A stretch of DNA of 64,000 nucleotides from the NCBI RefSeq assembly GCF_008831285.2, contig NC_045138.2:42532001-42596000 (forward strand), given 5' to 3'. Numbering within the stretch: position 1 is the stretch's first letter; each line of letters begins with the position of its first letter. Shown here one piece after another: positions 1 to 13,545 of the stretch. The stretch comes from Nymphaea colorata (Eukaryota). The notes beneath the pieces are model-generated. The model saw only the letters and a list, made by a program, of their open reading frames with translations, was not told the origin of the DNA and ran no database searches. The translations under genes were made by a program, and so were the position numbers.

Positions 1-814
1 CCGGTCCGAAAAATTAAACGCAGACGCGGGCGGGCGGGCGGCAAAATAGTTTTTTTTTTTTTTTTTAAACTTTCTGGATCCGAGTCGGGTCAAGACTGAC
101 CCGACCCGGGTCCGACCCGCCTCCCGCTCGACCGACGCCACTGCTCGCCTCTGATCAGTCACCGAACTGACGGCGAACGGCGAAATCGCCTCCGGCGGGC
201 CACCGGGGGCCTTGGGTGGGAGCCGATGGGTGTCACGACGCCGTCCGGCGACGGCTAAGTCGCCGGCAGGTCTATGACCGGCCGCCGCCCTTATTTCTCA
301 GATTTTGCCCCTTTTGCTTTTCTGTTTTGAATCCGATTGAAAAAACAGCAGCGACAGCAGCGTGAAGGCCACCGGCGACGTTGGGTGGGCGCCAGCTGGT
401 CCGACGGGCCCGACTGGCGACAGCAATGTCACCGGCGGTCGCCCTTCGCCGGCCGATACACCTCCCAGCCGTCGCTCCTCACTGCCTACTCCTTCTTGTG
501 CCCCTTTTCCCTTTTCTTCCTCTTGCGTGGCTGCAACAGACGCAGGGGAACCACCGACAGGCCGCCGGCGGGTCTCGCCAGGACGGCCGACAGACGGCTG
601 TTCGCCTTTCGGCGACGGTTGCCTGCCGAAAACTGGCCGTCCCTTCGCCATACTTCCCTGTGCCTCAGGCGACTGCAGCGGAAGCCCGACGGCTTCCGTT
701 GCTCGCCCATGAATTTTTTTTTTTTTTTGAAACTCACAGCGAAGAACAGGAAGAACCGAACGAGAAGACGCACAAAAAATAATCCAAAAAATCAACGATT
801 CAACAATGAGCATA
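1..814 (-). mobile_element. GC/CpG-rich 5' leader (internal region) of the same retrotransposon
   Basis: Lies directly downstream of the PBS. Very GC-rich with GACCC-type motifs; the overlapping ORFs are low complexity. Confidence 0.65.
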
Positions 815-827
815 GGCTCTGATACCA
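815..827 (-). promoter_or_regulatory. Primer-binding site complementary to initiator tRNA-Met
   Basis: ggctctgatacca is the reverse complement of TGGTATCAGAGCC and abuts the LTR end. Confidence 0.9.
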
Positions 828-829
828 AA

Positions 830-1312
830 TGTTGGGATTTCTCCCCATATCGCATATACAAAACCAAACGTATATACCCTAAAATAGGATCATGCTCATG
901 CTAAATCATTGAAATAAACGAAATCTTAAACTGAAGCGGAAGCGTACCTGAATCCATCTGATCTGGTGCACGGGAAGATCGCAGCAAGGTCTTCCAGGGT
1001 ACGTGCGGCGCGCTTGAGGTCTCTCTCAGATGGGGAAGAGAAAAACCCTAGAAACCAATGTTTCAGGCAACCATTGCACGACCCTAGGGACCACTACCAT
1101 TTTATAATAAGAACAATTACGGATTCCACCCATCAAAGAGTCTGTAATTCCGTACTGGTATCTATACATTTCAGAATTACCTCATACCATCTAAAATGAC
1201 GTAATATCCCAAAATGCAATCACTTAAGCGGATATTTACGTTAAGACAGCCATAATGTCTGAAATTCCTCATAGACATATGCCGGCCCACCAAATGATCT
1301 TACACTTTTAAC
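830..1312 (-). mobile_element. 5' LTR of an LTR retrotransposon (probably Ty1/copia); the element continues off the left edge
   Basis: On the minus strand the LTR ends ...CCCAACA (830), followed after 2 nt by the PBS TGGTATCAGAGCC. A TATA-like TATTATAAAA lies near 1100. The LTR start (~1312) is approximate. Confidence 0.75.
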
Positions 1313-1823
1313 TAGTTTCTTCTTTCTGTACATGTTTGATTGTCCGGCTTATGACGTTGGCTTCGTTCTGGTATGCTGAAGAACTGTAATTATCTTTTGC
1401 ATCCAATCTATTGTTTGGTAGGTTCAGACTTTCTGTATATACACAGGTTGGTGAATTTTTTCGGTTGATGAGTGCTTGCAAGAGCATCATAGGTCCTTTT
1501 AATTACATGCATGGGATCTCAGAAGTTTCATTGTGCTCTTGATTGCTTGAAAAATCTTGGAGCTCCTTATAGAACCATGTTACGTTAACAATTGAACTGT
1601 ATCAAGCTGAGTTTTGTGATATGGATCTCTGGTGCAGCGGTGCTGATGATGCTAGGCGCATGTCATGATCCTCCCAATTACTTTACACTTCACAGTTTTT
1701 TTTTTACGATTTTGGATCATTTATTCAGAGCTTCACATATTGGATGCTATAGTGCACTTTATCTGGTTCTGTTTGGTTTTGTTTTGAAGGATTCACATGT
1801 TTCAGTATTGAAAATATATATAT

Positions 1824-1990
1824 GGGCCCGTTTGATGCCTTAAAAATATAAAAACGGAAAGAAATTTTGAAAAATCTATTTCTGAAATTGATGAATTAGA
1901 AACAAAATCCATATTTCTAAAAACCTCCTTGTGTTGCCTAAACTTGGATTTATATTTCTAAAAGCAAATTTCACGGTTTGACGGGAAAAA
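1824..1990 (+). mobile_element. PIF/Harbinger (Tourist)-like left terminus
   Basis: Begins GGGCCCGTTTGATG; a similar start GGGCCCCGTTTGATG is at 60115. No right end found. Confidence 0.4.
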
Positions 1991-2640
1991 GTTGGAATCA
2001 ATGGAAATGGTGGGGCGGAATGAAATTTTTCATGTTAACAGCATAAAGGAGGGTTCGAGTTTTCCTTCTCTGCCTTTCTCTTCTCTCTCCTCTCTGCTGT
2101 TATCTCTTCTTCACCGGGATAAGAAAACCAGATCGGCAACCGGCCACATACGGGCAGCGACCACCGATAGGAGCTTGGCAAAAATGCTGGCATTGCATGG
2201 AGAACACCCAAACCGTTTGCAGATGGATTGAGTGTTTTCTTTTTTGATATTTTGTGTTCTTCTCTCTTCATATGTTTCTATTCCACCAAAATCAGACCGG
2301 TGATGGACCGGAGGTCTCTCCTCATGTCATTCTCTCCCCACTGGAGAGGGTTGCTTTAAAACCCTTTGCAGAGAGAGGGTTTCAGTTTTTTGCCTCTGCA
2401 TAGAGGGTTTTGGAGAGCTCTTAAGCCCTTTATGCACAGGCAGAGGTAGCTATCAAACCCTCTACCAGCGTCAGGGAACCACCCTCTCCTTCCGTGTTCA
2501 CCATGATGTCTCTCTCCCCCCTGCAGAATGTTAGAAACCCTCTGCGGGTAAACCCTCAAGACATAAGGGTTTCTTCTGAAACCCAGTCTCATAAGGGTTT
2601 CTTCTGAAACCCAGTCTCGAAGAGCCGCCCTCTCCCTCTA

Positions 2641-2860
2641 GGTAGTGTTTGATGGTTAGGGATTTAGGAATTGGAAATATATTTCTGGAAATATATTTCC
2701 TTGAATAAAAGAATGAGAAAAATATTTCCGATTCTTATTTTGATGTGTGTGTGATAACTAAGAATTATGTTTCCAGAAATATATTTTTGTGTTTGATGAT
2801 ACAGAAATATTTTTCCAGAGATATATTTCTGTGTTTGATAATAAAGAAACATATTTCCAG
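2641..2860 (+). mobile_element. Terminal/subterminal region of a non-autonomous DNA transposon (Harbinger-like)
   Basis: Starts GGTAGTGTTTGATGG with repeated GAAATATATTTC motifs. A close reverse-complement copy lies at ~62795-62960. Confidence 0.55.
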
Positions 2861-2869
2861 ATTTACATA

Positions 2870-3061
2870 ATCTTCAAATTTTTAACCAATTTATTGCTCC
2901 CTTCTAATTCCTTCAGGAGATGTGCCTATGCAGCTTTGGCTCTTGCACCAAGCTCTTGAAACTCAGAACGTTGCCGAGAAATGTAACCCACTTTGTCAGC
3001 AAGAACCCGAATACAGACATGAAGTTCTGTACCAATGTCATCCTCGCTCTCATTGGCAGAG
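2870..3061 (-). pseudogene. ATG11: ATG11 (autophagy-related 11) exon fragment with in-frame stop
   Basis: After the acceptor tttcatttcag it reads SANESEDDIGTELHVCIRVLADKVGYISRQRSEFQELGARAKAA*AHLLKELEGSNKLVKNL. This resembles the plant ATG11 coiled-coil (recalled motif CIRVLADKVGFLSR...LRKELEEK.ELVKTLY). TAG at 2926-2928. Confidence 0.7.
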
Positions 3062-3599
3062 CTGAAATGAAATTCAGAAAAGTGCAAAAAAGAATCACCA
3101 ACAGAATGTTATCATACAAAAGTACAGCATGACACTGTTGCAGAAAAAGGAAAGCAGTCATGCTTAATGAATTTGCAGTCACCAATATGCAACGACAAGA
3201 ATTACCCCAAACGATCATGTGGTATCTTGTACCTCATGGCTGTATGGTCTATGGAATTAAGTAGAAGAACTTTCAAAGTAGGCAAAATAAAAATTACACA
3301 ACTTAAAAAACATTTTGAGGATCCTGAAAGAAAAGAACTGGAATAATACCATGAAAAGAAAAAAGAAAAGATAGACCAGATGCATCAACAGTTGCAAAGG
3401 GAAAATGATGGCCCCACTAGGCACTTTTAGTAGGTGCAATGAAAGAAGGGTTCTAGTTAACACACCTGAGATTCATCCAAGAGCTTCAAACTAACTTCAA
3501 GTTCTTTTCTGAACCCTAAATTTAACTTCCTCCAAAGCAGAGTTAAGCTTTGATTCAGTCTCGTTGTATTCATTTGATTTCTTTTCCAGTGCATCTCTA

Positions 3600-4400
3600 A
3601 GTTTTACAATTATTGCTTCTGCCACTTTGGAAGCCCTGTTGGATTGTTCAGTAGCATTAACTTCCTGAGAACCTGTCTCAAGTTGATCATCTATTTTCCC
3701 ATTTGTGCCAATTTTTGTTTTTCCTAACTCCCATGTTATAAATCACTTCAATCCAAGGACATGAACAACCCAGCCAAAACTTTTCCAAATAAAAAGATAT
3801 AAGGGCATAAAGCCATTTCTTAGGCTCTGTATGCATGGGGGCTTCAACTTCAATATCACCAAATTGCACACTTCTCTATGAAGGCAGAAGCACACAAAAG
3901 GCTAAAAATTCAAAGCATAGCACATCAAGGAGAAGTGTGCACATGCCAAAAACACCTACGCGCAAGCATTTGTAACAACATGATAGAATACAGCTCAAGG
4001 GAGAAAAAAGATCATCTAATGCTATTGCTACCTGAGGCAGTATTGGCATCACATAGAATAGAGATTGAGCTTGGTAAACAATATGCAACGTAAAGGCTCT
4101 AAAAAGGTTATACGAAACTGGCCACTCTTACACAAAGTTTACAAAATCGAAAAAAGTATACACTTGGTACAAAATAAACAATTGAAAGTACATAGTGACC
4201 TTCACACCATTCTTCTGCATCCTCGATGTAGATGTTGAACGGTCTAACTTTTCTATGACTGTCCAAGTCTTGATCCCTATGATGCGCCATAGCATAACCT
4301 TCAAATTGAGATCGCCAATGTTTAGTAAGATCTGCTTATCCATGGGGTATTTGGGATCGCTAGGTGGCTCTGCTGATCTCATGATGTTTTAAAACTCATC
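3600..4400 (-). mobile_element. Highly degenerate Ty3/gypsy gag-protease remnant
   Basis: KVRPFNIYIEDAEEW (gag-like), CYKC zinc-knuckle start near 3990 and FGDIEVEA (protease-like), in the expected order on the minus strand. Many stops. Confidence 0.4.
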
Positions 4401-6497
4401 TATATATAGGACATCTCTCTCCCAGGGGAATCAAAATATACTTTTGCTAGGGCTTCATCTCTCAATTATTGCTTAGCTGAGATTCCCATTGACGAATGTT
4501 TAGGCATGATCTAACAATTGTCTCAACACCATCATCATAGACGTAGTTCAAAAATGCACTGAAGAACTGTGTTTTGCTCACCCATACTCCATCCTCTGTC
4601 TGGTGGCCTAATAGAGAGATCAAATGTGTCCCAAAGGCTCCACATAGGACATTATAGACAACATGACTTAAGGATGAGTTTGATTAGGGTGATTGAAACA
4701 CAAACAGGTGGGGGTCAAGAAAAGACCAATAAAATGGTGGTCAGATTAAAAAAGATGTTAGCCTAATCAGGTTGACCCAATTGGAGATTCAGACAAAGTA
4801 TGTTACATGTTTGTTCTGGGTTCATGCAAAAGAGTCCTCCTATGTGGACACAATGAAAAAGAATGAACACAAAGTCTGGATGGTTGTTCGAGGAAAGGGG
4901 ACAAATTTAAAGAGATACCTAGCTTTTGTTTGGAAAAGTTTGGGAAGAGTCAAGAAAAATATGAAACACAAATCAAACATTGTGTTCACATCATGATCAA
5001 GCTACAGTTTTGATGAGATCAATTCTATTATCATGCATAGTTCAGAAAAGGACTTGGACATTTAGAGGAGACTCAGTGACTCGGGATTAACTATAATTTC
5101 ATTCTAGGTTATGTCTATATACCCAAACAAAGTCTAAGTACATGGCATAAGCTCCTCCAAACAGGTTTTAGCATTGAGATTTATGTCGTTCTCCTTTGTC
5201 CCTTGTTTGTATACCTCAATTAATACTCATTGTATTTGAAGGGTTGCTGTACTTGGCTTCAGAGGTGGTCCAGCCAAACATCCTCCCCCCAAGCTCCAAA
5301 ACACATAGGGAGTATATAATGACACGATGACTGAGGCAAAAAGGTAGAGTATTTTAACGTACATGCACAAATTGTGAGCTCTAATGCGTTAGAATCTAAG
5401 ATGGAGACTGAAAATAAAATAGAAGTATAGTTCATTTTTCATTAAATTCCTAATCAAGAGGGGTTATATTTGAACCTAAGTCTATGTGAGCATGTACATA
5501 TCCTCTCAACTAATCCAATGCATATCAAACATTCGAAGGGATGTACTTACACATGTATGGCATGTCTAGGGGTGTGGGGTTTGGACTACACTTGAAAGCT
5601 TAAATGAGCAAAGTATGAGTCGAGTCAAATGGATAGGTTTTTTAATGATTGCTAGTTTTATTTCTATGCAAAATTTCGGCATCTCACTTTTGACCATAAC
5701 ATGGAAAAGCTTGTAGTTGCCTTTATTTGGATCATGCTGGATAATTCAAAGAGATGAGAACCGCCTTGGTAGTATGAGGTTTGACGCTCCTTTACTAGGG
5801 GTAATCAGGCCAAAGACTATATTAAACTCTATACAATTTATGTGACTAATTGTCGTTCTGACCAAAGCACATCAAAACATGCATGCCCTATATTTTGGAA
5901 CTTTTAATTTAACAAAGTTCTAAGGGGATCATTAAACATTAATGTTTATGAATAAGAATAGCTTTGAGATAGGCTGATTCAATCTCTTAATCATCATTTA
6001 CTCATACAATTATAATTTCTAACCTAGATGATGCATGTACCTAGGAAGTAAATGGTCAATACTTACTTTTGAATGATCATATGGGATATGTGTTTAGAAT
6101 GTAGGATTTAGAGGTTGGATGATGATACCAAGACCTATTAAAGTTATTAATTAGACATTAAGTTCATGGTTTCCATGGTCACAAGTTAGTCAAACCTCAA
6201 AGCATCATGATTCCATTCAACTTTTAAGATTTCGAGGGGCATCACGACCAACATTCATAAAATTTCATCATCACTGTGATATTAGAATTCAACATGGGGT
6301 TTATATATTTAGAAGTTGGGATCATTAGTTGAAATTTTTAATCCTTGGTCATGGATATAGATTAGAAAAGAAATTAGGGTTTTCTAGAGTTTTGGTCAAC
6401 TATAAATTAGGGTTTTTTAGGTTGAGGTTTCTAATATGCAATCATGGTGGATATTAGACTAGGGTTTAAACGGCTGCCAACCAAGGTTCATATTTAA

Positions 6498-9400
6498 GGG
6501 CCTGTATGGATACATGCTCAAAAAATTGGTTTTGAAGGCATCAAACACAGTTTTGAGCATGTTTGGCATCATAGAAGCTAGATTTTCAAGAAATCCAGTT
6601 TCTTGAAAATCGTGTTATCATCGAAGTTTTGCATAACTTAGTGGGGGAGTCATCTTTCACCGAAAATGGTGTTTTCACTCTACCAAGTGTAGTTGGGAAA
6701 GAGGTAGGTTTGCCATCAATGCTAATGGTAGTCAATTGAGAACACCTGCAGATCGAAACAATGGAGCCATGGATGCTGATTGTGCACTATGGATGTGTTG
6801 ACAGAATTGGTGGTCGATGGAGACTCAGTAGTGGTTGGCCGAGAAAGTCTTAGCAGAGGATGACATCAAGGTTTTTGTTTCCCCAGACTAGAGAGTATTG
6901 CTATCAAACTTTCCTTCCATATTTTTTAACCATTTGGCCATTGACCTTTCATATCTGTGACCTAACTTATGGTTCACCAAGTACGTATTTCATCATATCA
7001 TCAATGCCCAAAGGCTCCATAAAAAATTCCTCAAAACTATGAAAGCTCTCCTACCCTAGCATACTTGGATCGAACACTCCATTCACCTTCACCTCTGCTG
7101 GTTAGGACCTGGGACATCAGTTGCTTTTCATTCCTTATGTTTTTTTCTTGAGTTTTTCCTTTTCTTGCAAAGTGAGAGAATGTCTTTTTGATGTTTCATG
7201 TAGTGCTTGCAAGTTTGTTCCTTGCAGTATGGCTCTCATGTGGATTTCTTATTACTGTAATCATATTCCCATCTAAAAACTTCACGAGTTTTGAACTCAA
7301 TGTTATGTTTCATCGTGCAACTTTGATAGGGTTTTTGAGGATTATTTCTTTGTAACCCTTGCATGCCATTTATGGAACTTTTTTCTATTGTATATCTTTT
7401 TTCATCTTCATTAATTGACAATTATGTAAATTATTGGCACCTTTCTATTGGAGAGCTGCTCAAATTGAGGTTATTGTTGAAAGCAATTTTGCTACGCTGC
7501 ACAATCAAGAAAATGGAAGTCAACATTTTTTTGTTATGACGAATCCACCTTGAAAAGAATTCCTACTGTTGAAAAGATTAGGAACGTGCCTATCTACATT
7601 TGAAGAGTGTGACTAGATCAAGCAGTAGATTCAAAAGGGTCCAACTATACAAATAAAAGACAAAAAAAATTAAAGCTCTCAAAAGTTGTTTGTTGCAAAA
7701 ATTAATGTTCATTTCTATGGGAATCCTAAATTAAATGGTTCTCCCTATTCCAGAATATCATCCATATACAACTGCACCTAAAATTTCAATACAGTAAGCT
7801 TTTCTTTTGGATCCCTAAGAAGATGTAATATGAGATTGTTTCTTTCGAATGTCAATGAAAATAACAATTCAAATAGATGCTCATGAGTGAAAAAGCTCAC
7901 AAAACTAACTCACTCATAATCCATCTTTGGTAGGTTTACATCTATAGTCTTAGTATCCTTCTTTGCCTGTCAATTACATACGCAGCTTATTCTGATATTT
8001 GATGAACACAAATGTAGTAAAAGGAGCGAAATATGTGGGGGCACGCTAATGAGTTCATGAGAACCAAAATACAGAAAGAATGAATAGATTTTAGACCCAC
8101 TTCCCATGAGGGTGGCCATGATCCTTCTGCTTCCATTAAAGAGATTTTGAGCAAAAAAAAAAAAAAGTGAAATAAACTCATGTCATGTATTGTTTTATAT
8201 AGTTTTTCCTCTTCATGAATTAATAGTTTTTTGTTTTGTTTCATTGTTGTATTGTACTAGGTCTCCAACTTATATATGAGACATGGTGAATTAACCTCAT
8301 TGTTCAATAGTTATAGTGTTATACTTTGAACAAGATGTTTTTTTTTCATTTTTAGCAATTAAATTTGCAGAGTACTCAACCTACTTTTATCCACTTCAGC
8401 TCTATACATCACTTCTTGAAATGAAGGCTTCACCAGAATTTGTGCAGGCTACTTCATCAAATTAATTCATCCCAAATTTTACCTATGTTCATATGATTTC
8501 TCAAACTTTGACAATCAAGAGGATTTGTGTGGCATTTTGTTCTTAAATCTGCTTATTTTCACTTCTTTTATAAGAATTGACTCCTAAATCAACTACATGC
8601 TGAAAAATCAATTGTCCTGAAAACCCCATAAATTTTAAGGCCATAATGATCATATTTTCATTGTGTGTCCATGAACTAATATATGACTTATAGGTTTCAG
8701 AATTTGCAGGACTTATTTGCAAGCTTATCTGTGTACAGTTGTTTGTGCACATGCACATGATCAAACATTGATTTTGAATCATAAATTAGTATGTCTTAAT
8801 TTTTTTCATGATTTATGAACCATTATTGATATGACCATCTCCAATGATTTTCATGCATTAAATCTTCCTAAATATTCACTAAGAAAAATGAGTTATTGAT
8901 GGTAGTCAACAGTTTGTGCCATAGTGATATAATGTAAGATTCCAAAATGGAGCTTGTGAATGAATAGCTTGTTTACTCTTGACAATGGTAATGGTTACAT
9001 AGGTAGATATAATGCAACATTCCAAAAAGGAATTGTTTTTGACATAGTGAAGGCCGAGTCTTCCAACTAATGATGACATGCCCCATTTTGTGATGTAAGC
9101 TGAAATTTTACTTGATGCTTAAAGGGAAGAGTTTTCCAACATTTATATAGGCATGCTTTTTGCACCAGCTGAGCGGACTTTCTGTGAAGGCTGAAGCTGC
9201 TAAAACACACATATTTGTTAATGTAACTTTTATGATTGTAAATAATTTTTTAATAATAATAATAATTTTTTTAATTATTGGTCTCCTTTTTCTCTCTCTT
9301 TTGTTTATGTATACATATATATAGGAAAATTGAACAGTGGCTCTAGTTTTGTAGAGTTGCCTAGCCGTTTAAGTAGGACTGTTCGATCTAATATGATGGA

Positions 9401-9797
9401 CGGCTAAGAGAAAATAAGAAGAAAATTGATTGGTATTTTTTGTTATATACCATTTGTTTACACATTTTTATCCTTGTTTTTTTCTTAACGATTCATCTGC
9501 TTTAAATGAATAGTCCTAATTAGATAGTTGGGTAATTCTGCATAGGTAGAATCACCATTTACTCACTATATATGTATGTAACTATAAACCAACTACCATT
9601 CAATTGAAATCAATTTCTAAAAGCAAATCCAAACCCATTTTTTGTCAACCAAATATAAACCAAGTTTTCACTTTTGAAAGACTGGTTTTGTCATGTTACC
9701 CAAACACTAAAACCAGGTTTCCAAAGCTCATTATAAAAAATAGGCTTCATAAAACCATTTGGCAAAAATCATTTTTTTAAGGGGTCTAAACACTACC
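6498..9797. mobile_element. Degenerate PIF/Harbinger-like element inserted in retrotransposon-derived DNA
   Basis: TAA on both flanks (6495-6497, 9798-9800). Imperfect TIRs GGGCCTGTATGGA / revcomp GGTAGTGTTTAGA. Similar TAGGGTTT-rich sequence on both sides; no intact ORF. Confidence 0.4.
9324..9567. mobile_element. Fold-back MITE in a TA-rich site
   Basis: Left arm tgaacagtggctcta...gtagagttgcctagccgtttaagtaggactgttc matches the reverse complement of the right arm gaatagtcctaattagatagttgggtaattctgc...tcaccatttactcac. Confidence 0.65.
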
Positions 9798-10679
9798 TAA
9801 AGAATTTAACTGTTGTGGTCTTTCTTGCTGGCTTGGGTTTAGCATTAGATTTAAGGTGAACCTAGGGTTTTGAGAACCTCGAACATGCATGTCCATAGGG
9901 TTATGGAAAAATAGGTTTCTAAGAATAGTGCTTTTGAAATGTCATATGGAAATATGCACTTAAGGTGTACACAATCAAAGGATTGAACGAATTTAGGTGT
10001 TTTGGGTGCCTCAATTAAAACTTTTGGTACACCATTTAACCTACTTCGTTTGATTTTTTGATAATTTGTGACGTGTGTTTATGTGTAGATGAGTGCACCT
10101 ATTTAATGTAAATGCATATGCATGCCTAGATGTAAGCACAATATTGACATTAAAATGGAACTACATGCCCTATTGAATGGAAATCCAAGAATATAAACCT
10201 AAAGAAAGAGGGGAGAGGGCATACCTAGCATCCATGCTACTATTCTAAGCACACATAATTTAAACAAAGATCAAAACTAAGCCTAGGAAAACAGATTGAA
10301 ATATAAACTGCCCGAGGCCATGCACAAGGGAAAATAAACTAATCCCAAGCATATAAATTAAAATTATGTTAGCCTAAGAATGGATGAACAAGAAACAAAA
10401 TATCCTAGACCAATATGAAACAAAGAAATCGAAGAAAAAAAAAGAGAAGAAAGGGTAAATACTTGGCAAGTAGGCTCCTAAAGGACACAAACTTTGACCA
10501 GACCAAGGCCTACGTTCAAAGGACTAAGTCAGAGTGAAATATGCCTTGTCACTACCAAGACTTGAGCAAACACCAACGGGGACTTTTTTCTCAAGCTACA
10601 TTGGAATTTAGCAAGTGAACTCCAAGAAGGGTGGGGTGGGTCGGTGGGTTCATGCTTCACTTTTATAGAAGATGAAAGA

Positions 10680-13200
10680 CAATATAAAGCTGAAGTTAAA
10701 ATTGTTAGAACTGATAATGGAGTCGAATTTTTTTCAATGGAGAAGAATGATTTTTTCCATGAAAAAGGCATTGTTCATCAACACACATGTGTTTATACAC
10801 CACAACAAAATGGTGTAGTTGAGAGAAAACACCGTCATATTTTAGATGTGGCTCGAGCTCTTAAATTTCAATCCGGTTTACCTTTGCATTTTTGGGACGA
10901 GTGTGTATTGACTGCCGTGTATTTAATCAATCGAACCCCAACAAGTGCCTTACAAAACAAAACTCCTTATGAAAAATTATTTAAAAAGAAACCCACGTAT
11001 TTTCATCTACGCGCCTTTGGTTGTTTATGTTTTGCAAAAGAACCAAATCCCAAATCTAAATTTGACCAAAGATCACACAGATGTGTTTTTTTAGGCTATG
11101 CTTTTAGTCAAAAAGCATATAAGGTGTATAATCTTGAGACTGGAAAAATTTCTGCTAGTAGAGATGTATTTTTCAATGAAACTGAGTTCCCATTTAAATC
11201 AATAAGAACTAGCCCACAAACTTCAGTTATTCCATTGCCAATTAATGAGACTCATGCTGCTGAAAGTAGATACTCTTATGCAAGTGATGAAGTTCAGGTG
11301 GACCCCTTGACTGCAGAAAATCATGATTCATTGAGCCATGAACCTGTTGACAATTTGACATCAACCACAAACAACTTTGAAACAGAACCAAACTTCATTG
11401 AAACCTCTGAGCCTCTTGCTAAAACAGTTGACCCAACAGTTACACTTCAGCCAAATATGCTCAGAAGATCAACCCGCAAGCCTAGACCTTCCGTTCTATT
11501 AAAAGAGTATTACTGTGGATTGGCCACTCAAGATGGACCCAGCCTTTCATCTACTGGAAAGAAGTCCTCGTCCAGGTATTCTCTTTCACAAGTTCTCTCT
11601 TTTTCAGCTTTCTCTTCAGCTCATAAGGCATACTTGTTAAACATTTCACATCTTCTAGAACCCACATCCTATAGCCAAGCTGAGCTCGATCCAAATTGGA
11701 GAATGGCAATGCAAACTGGAATTGAAGCATTAGAAGCTAATAAAACTTGGGATCTAGTTGAACCTCCAAATGGTATTAAATCCATAGGCTGCAAGTGGGT
11801 TTACCGCATCAAATACAAAGCAAATGGTGATGTTGAAAGATTCAAGGCAAGGTTAGTTGCCAAAGGGTATGCACAAGTTGAAGGTATAGATTACAATGAA
11901 ACATATGCACCTGTTGCAAAGTTAGTTACAGTCTGATGTCTTCTAGCAATTGCAGCCAAGTGTAACTGGATTCTTCACCAAATGGACGTCTACAATGCTT
12001 TCTTGAATGGCAGCCTGGATGAAGAAATTTATATGTCACTTCCTCCCGGATATGGAGATGGTAGAGACACACGAGTATGCAAACTAAAAAAATCACTTTA
12101 TGGGCTAAAACAAGCCCCTAGAAATTGGTTTGCAAGGTTTTCAGAAGTATTGCTAGCTTTTGGCTTTGCTCAGTCAAAGTGTGATCACTCACTTTTCATC
12201 TTCAAAAAGGAGAATACAATCATGGCAGTGCTTGTCTATGTAGACTATCTCATAATCGCTGGGAACCACTTGGAGAAGATTGAAAAATTCAAGAAATACT
12301 TAAGTGAACACTTTAAAATGAAGGATTTAGGCATCGTGAAATATTTCCTTGGGCTAGAATTGGCAAGATCGAAGAAAGGGATATTCTTGTCCCAACGAAA
12401 ATACACATGCGATGTCTTGGATGAGGTGGGGTTAATTAATGCAAAACCAGTTGAAGTTCCAATGGAGCATAGAAAAGATTTATCAGTGGATGGTGGTGAG
12501 TTGCTAAAGGATCCAACGGCCTATCGACGTCTGGTAGGAAGGTTAATTTACTTAACCATAACCAGACCTGATATTACTTTTGCAGTACATACTCTTAGTA
12601 GGTATATGCAACAACCTTCCGTTGCACACTACAAAGCAGCTTTGAGGGTGTTAAAGTATCTAAAACAAAGTCGTGGCCAAGGACTGTGGTTTCCATCAAA
12701 TGAAGACTTTCAACTCACTGCATATTGTGATGCTGATTGGGGTGCTTGTAAAGAGACAAGGAGGTCTATAACAGGCTATTGCATCTTCTTAGGAGGCAGC
12801 TTAATTTCATGGAAATCTAAGATGCAGCGTACTGTGTCAAGGTCATCTGCTGAAGCGGAATATCGCTCCATGGCAGACACTAGTTGTGAAATCTTATGGT
12901 TGAAATATCTGCTTTCAGATTTTCAGGTGAATCACCCACAACCGGTGGACTTACTTTGTGACAACAAACCAGCCATACAAATTGCTGCTAATCCGGTACT
13001 GCACGAAAGAACAAAGCATATTGAACTCGATTGCCACCTTGTTCGTGACTTGATAAAAAAATAAAACCATTTCCACTAGTTTTGTTCCCTCACGATGTCA
13101 GCTAGCTGACTTGTTTACAAAGGCACTGCTAAAAGATCAATTTCAGTCGTTGAAGTCCAAACTGAGCATTTGTGATCTGCATGCTCAGTTTGAAGGAGGA
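10680..13200 (+). pseudogene. Ty1/copia pol (integrase core, RT, RNase H), 5'-truncated and inactivated
   Basis: Motifs [81 protein letters not shown]. Lesions: TGA at 11934-11936, YVDY in place of YVDD (12237-12248) and a break at the A-run near 13060. Confidence 0.95.
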
Positions 13201-13201
13201 G

Positions 13202-13536
13202 TGTTGAAGCAATTCTGAAAACGTGTTGTGTATGAAGCCTCTTTCCAGGTCAGGTTCAGACTCTGTAATGGATGCCTGCACGCGAGAATCACCTTGCCTG
13301 TTTTGCAGTAACAGAAATGTCTAAAAAGCGTATACAAAGTGTACAAAAGTGTAAAATCTTGTGGGTATATCTGTATTTTTTAAATCTCTTATCTCTACCG
13401 TTGATTTGTAACAGAATTGTATATACAAGGCCACCATTCGAGTAATGACGATTAGGGCTTTCTCATTCAACTTTTGCTCTGTTCAGTATTCCTGAGCGCA
13501 TACTCTGTTTTTACCATTTTTCAAGCTCCTCTCACA
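13202..13536 (+). mobile_element. 3' LTR of the copia element, preceded by a polypurine tract
   Basis: PPT GAAGGAGGAG (13192-13201), then TGTTGAAG. TATA-like tgtatataca near 13420; probable end ...CTCTCACA. Confidence 0.75.
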
Positions 13537-13545
13537 TAAATAAGT

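Noticed and set aside
298..867. Five overlapping ORFs of 95-189 aa
   Set aside because: GC-rich retrotransposon leader lacking stop codons; low complexity and no domain motifs.
1572..1660. Exon-like stretch after an AG (…IELYQAEFCDMDLWCSGADDAR)
   Set aside because: Too short, no recognisable family and no good donor site.
8543..8782. Possible Myb/SANT-like Harbinger ORF1 remnant
   Set aside because: Only a WT..E motif; not enough to call.
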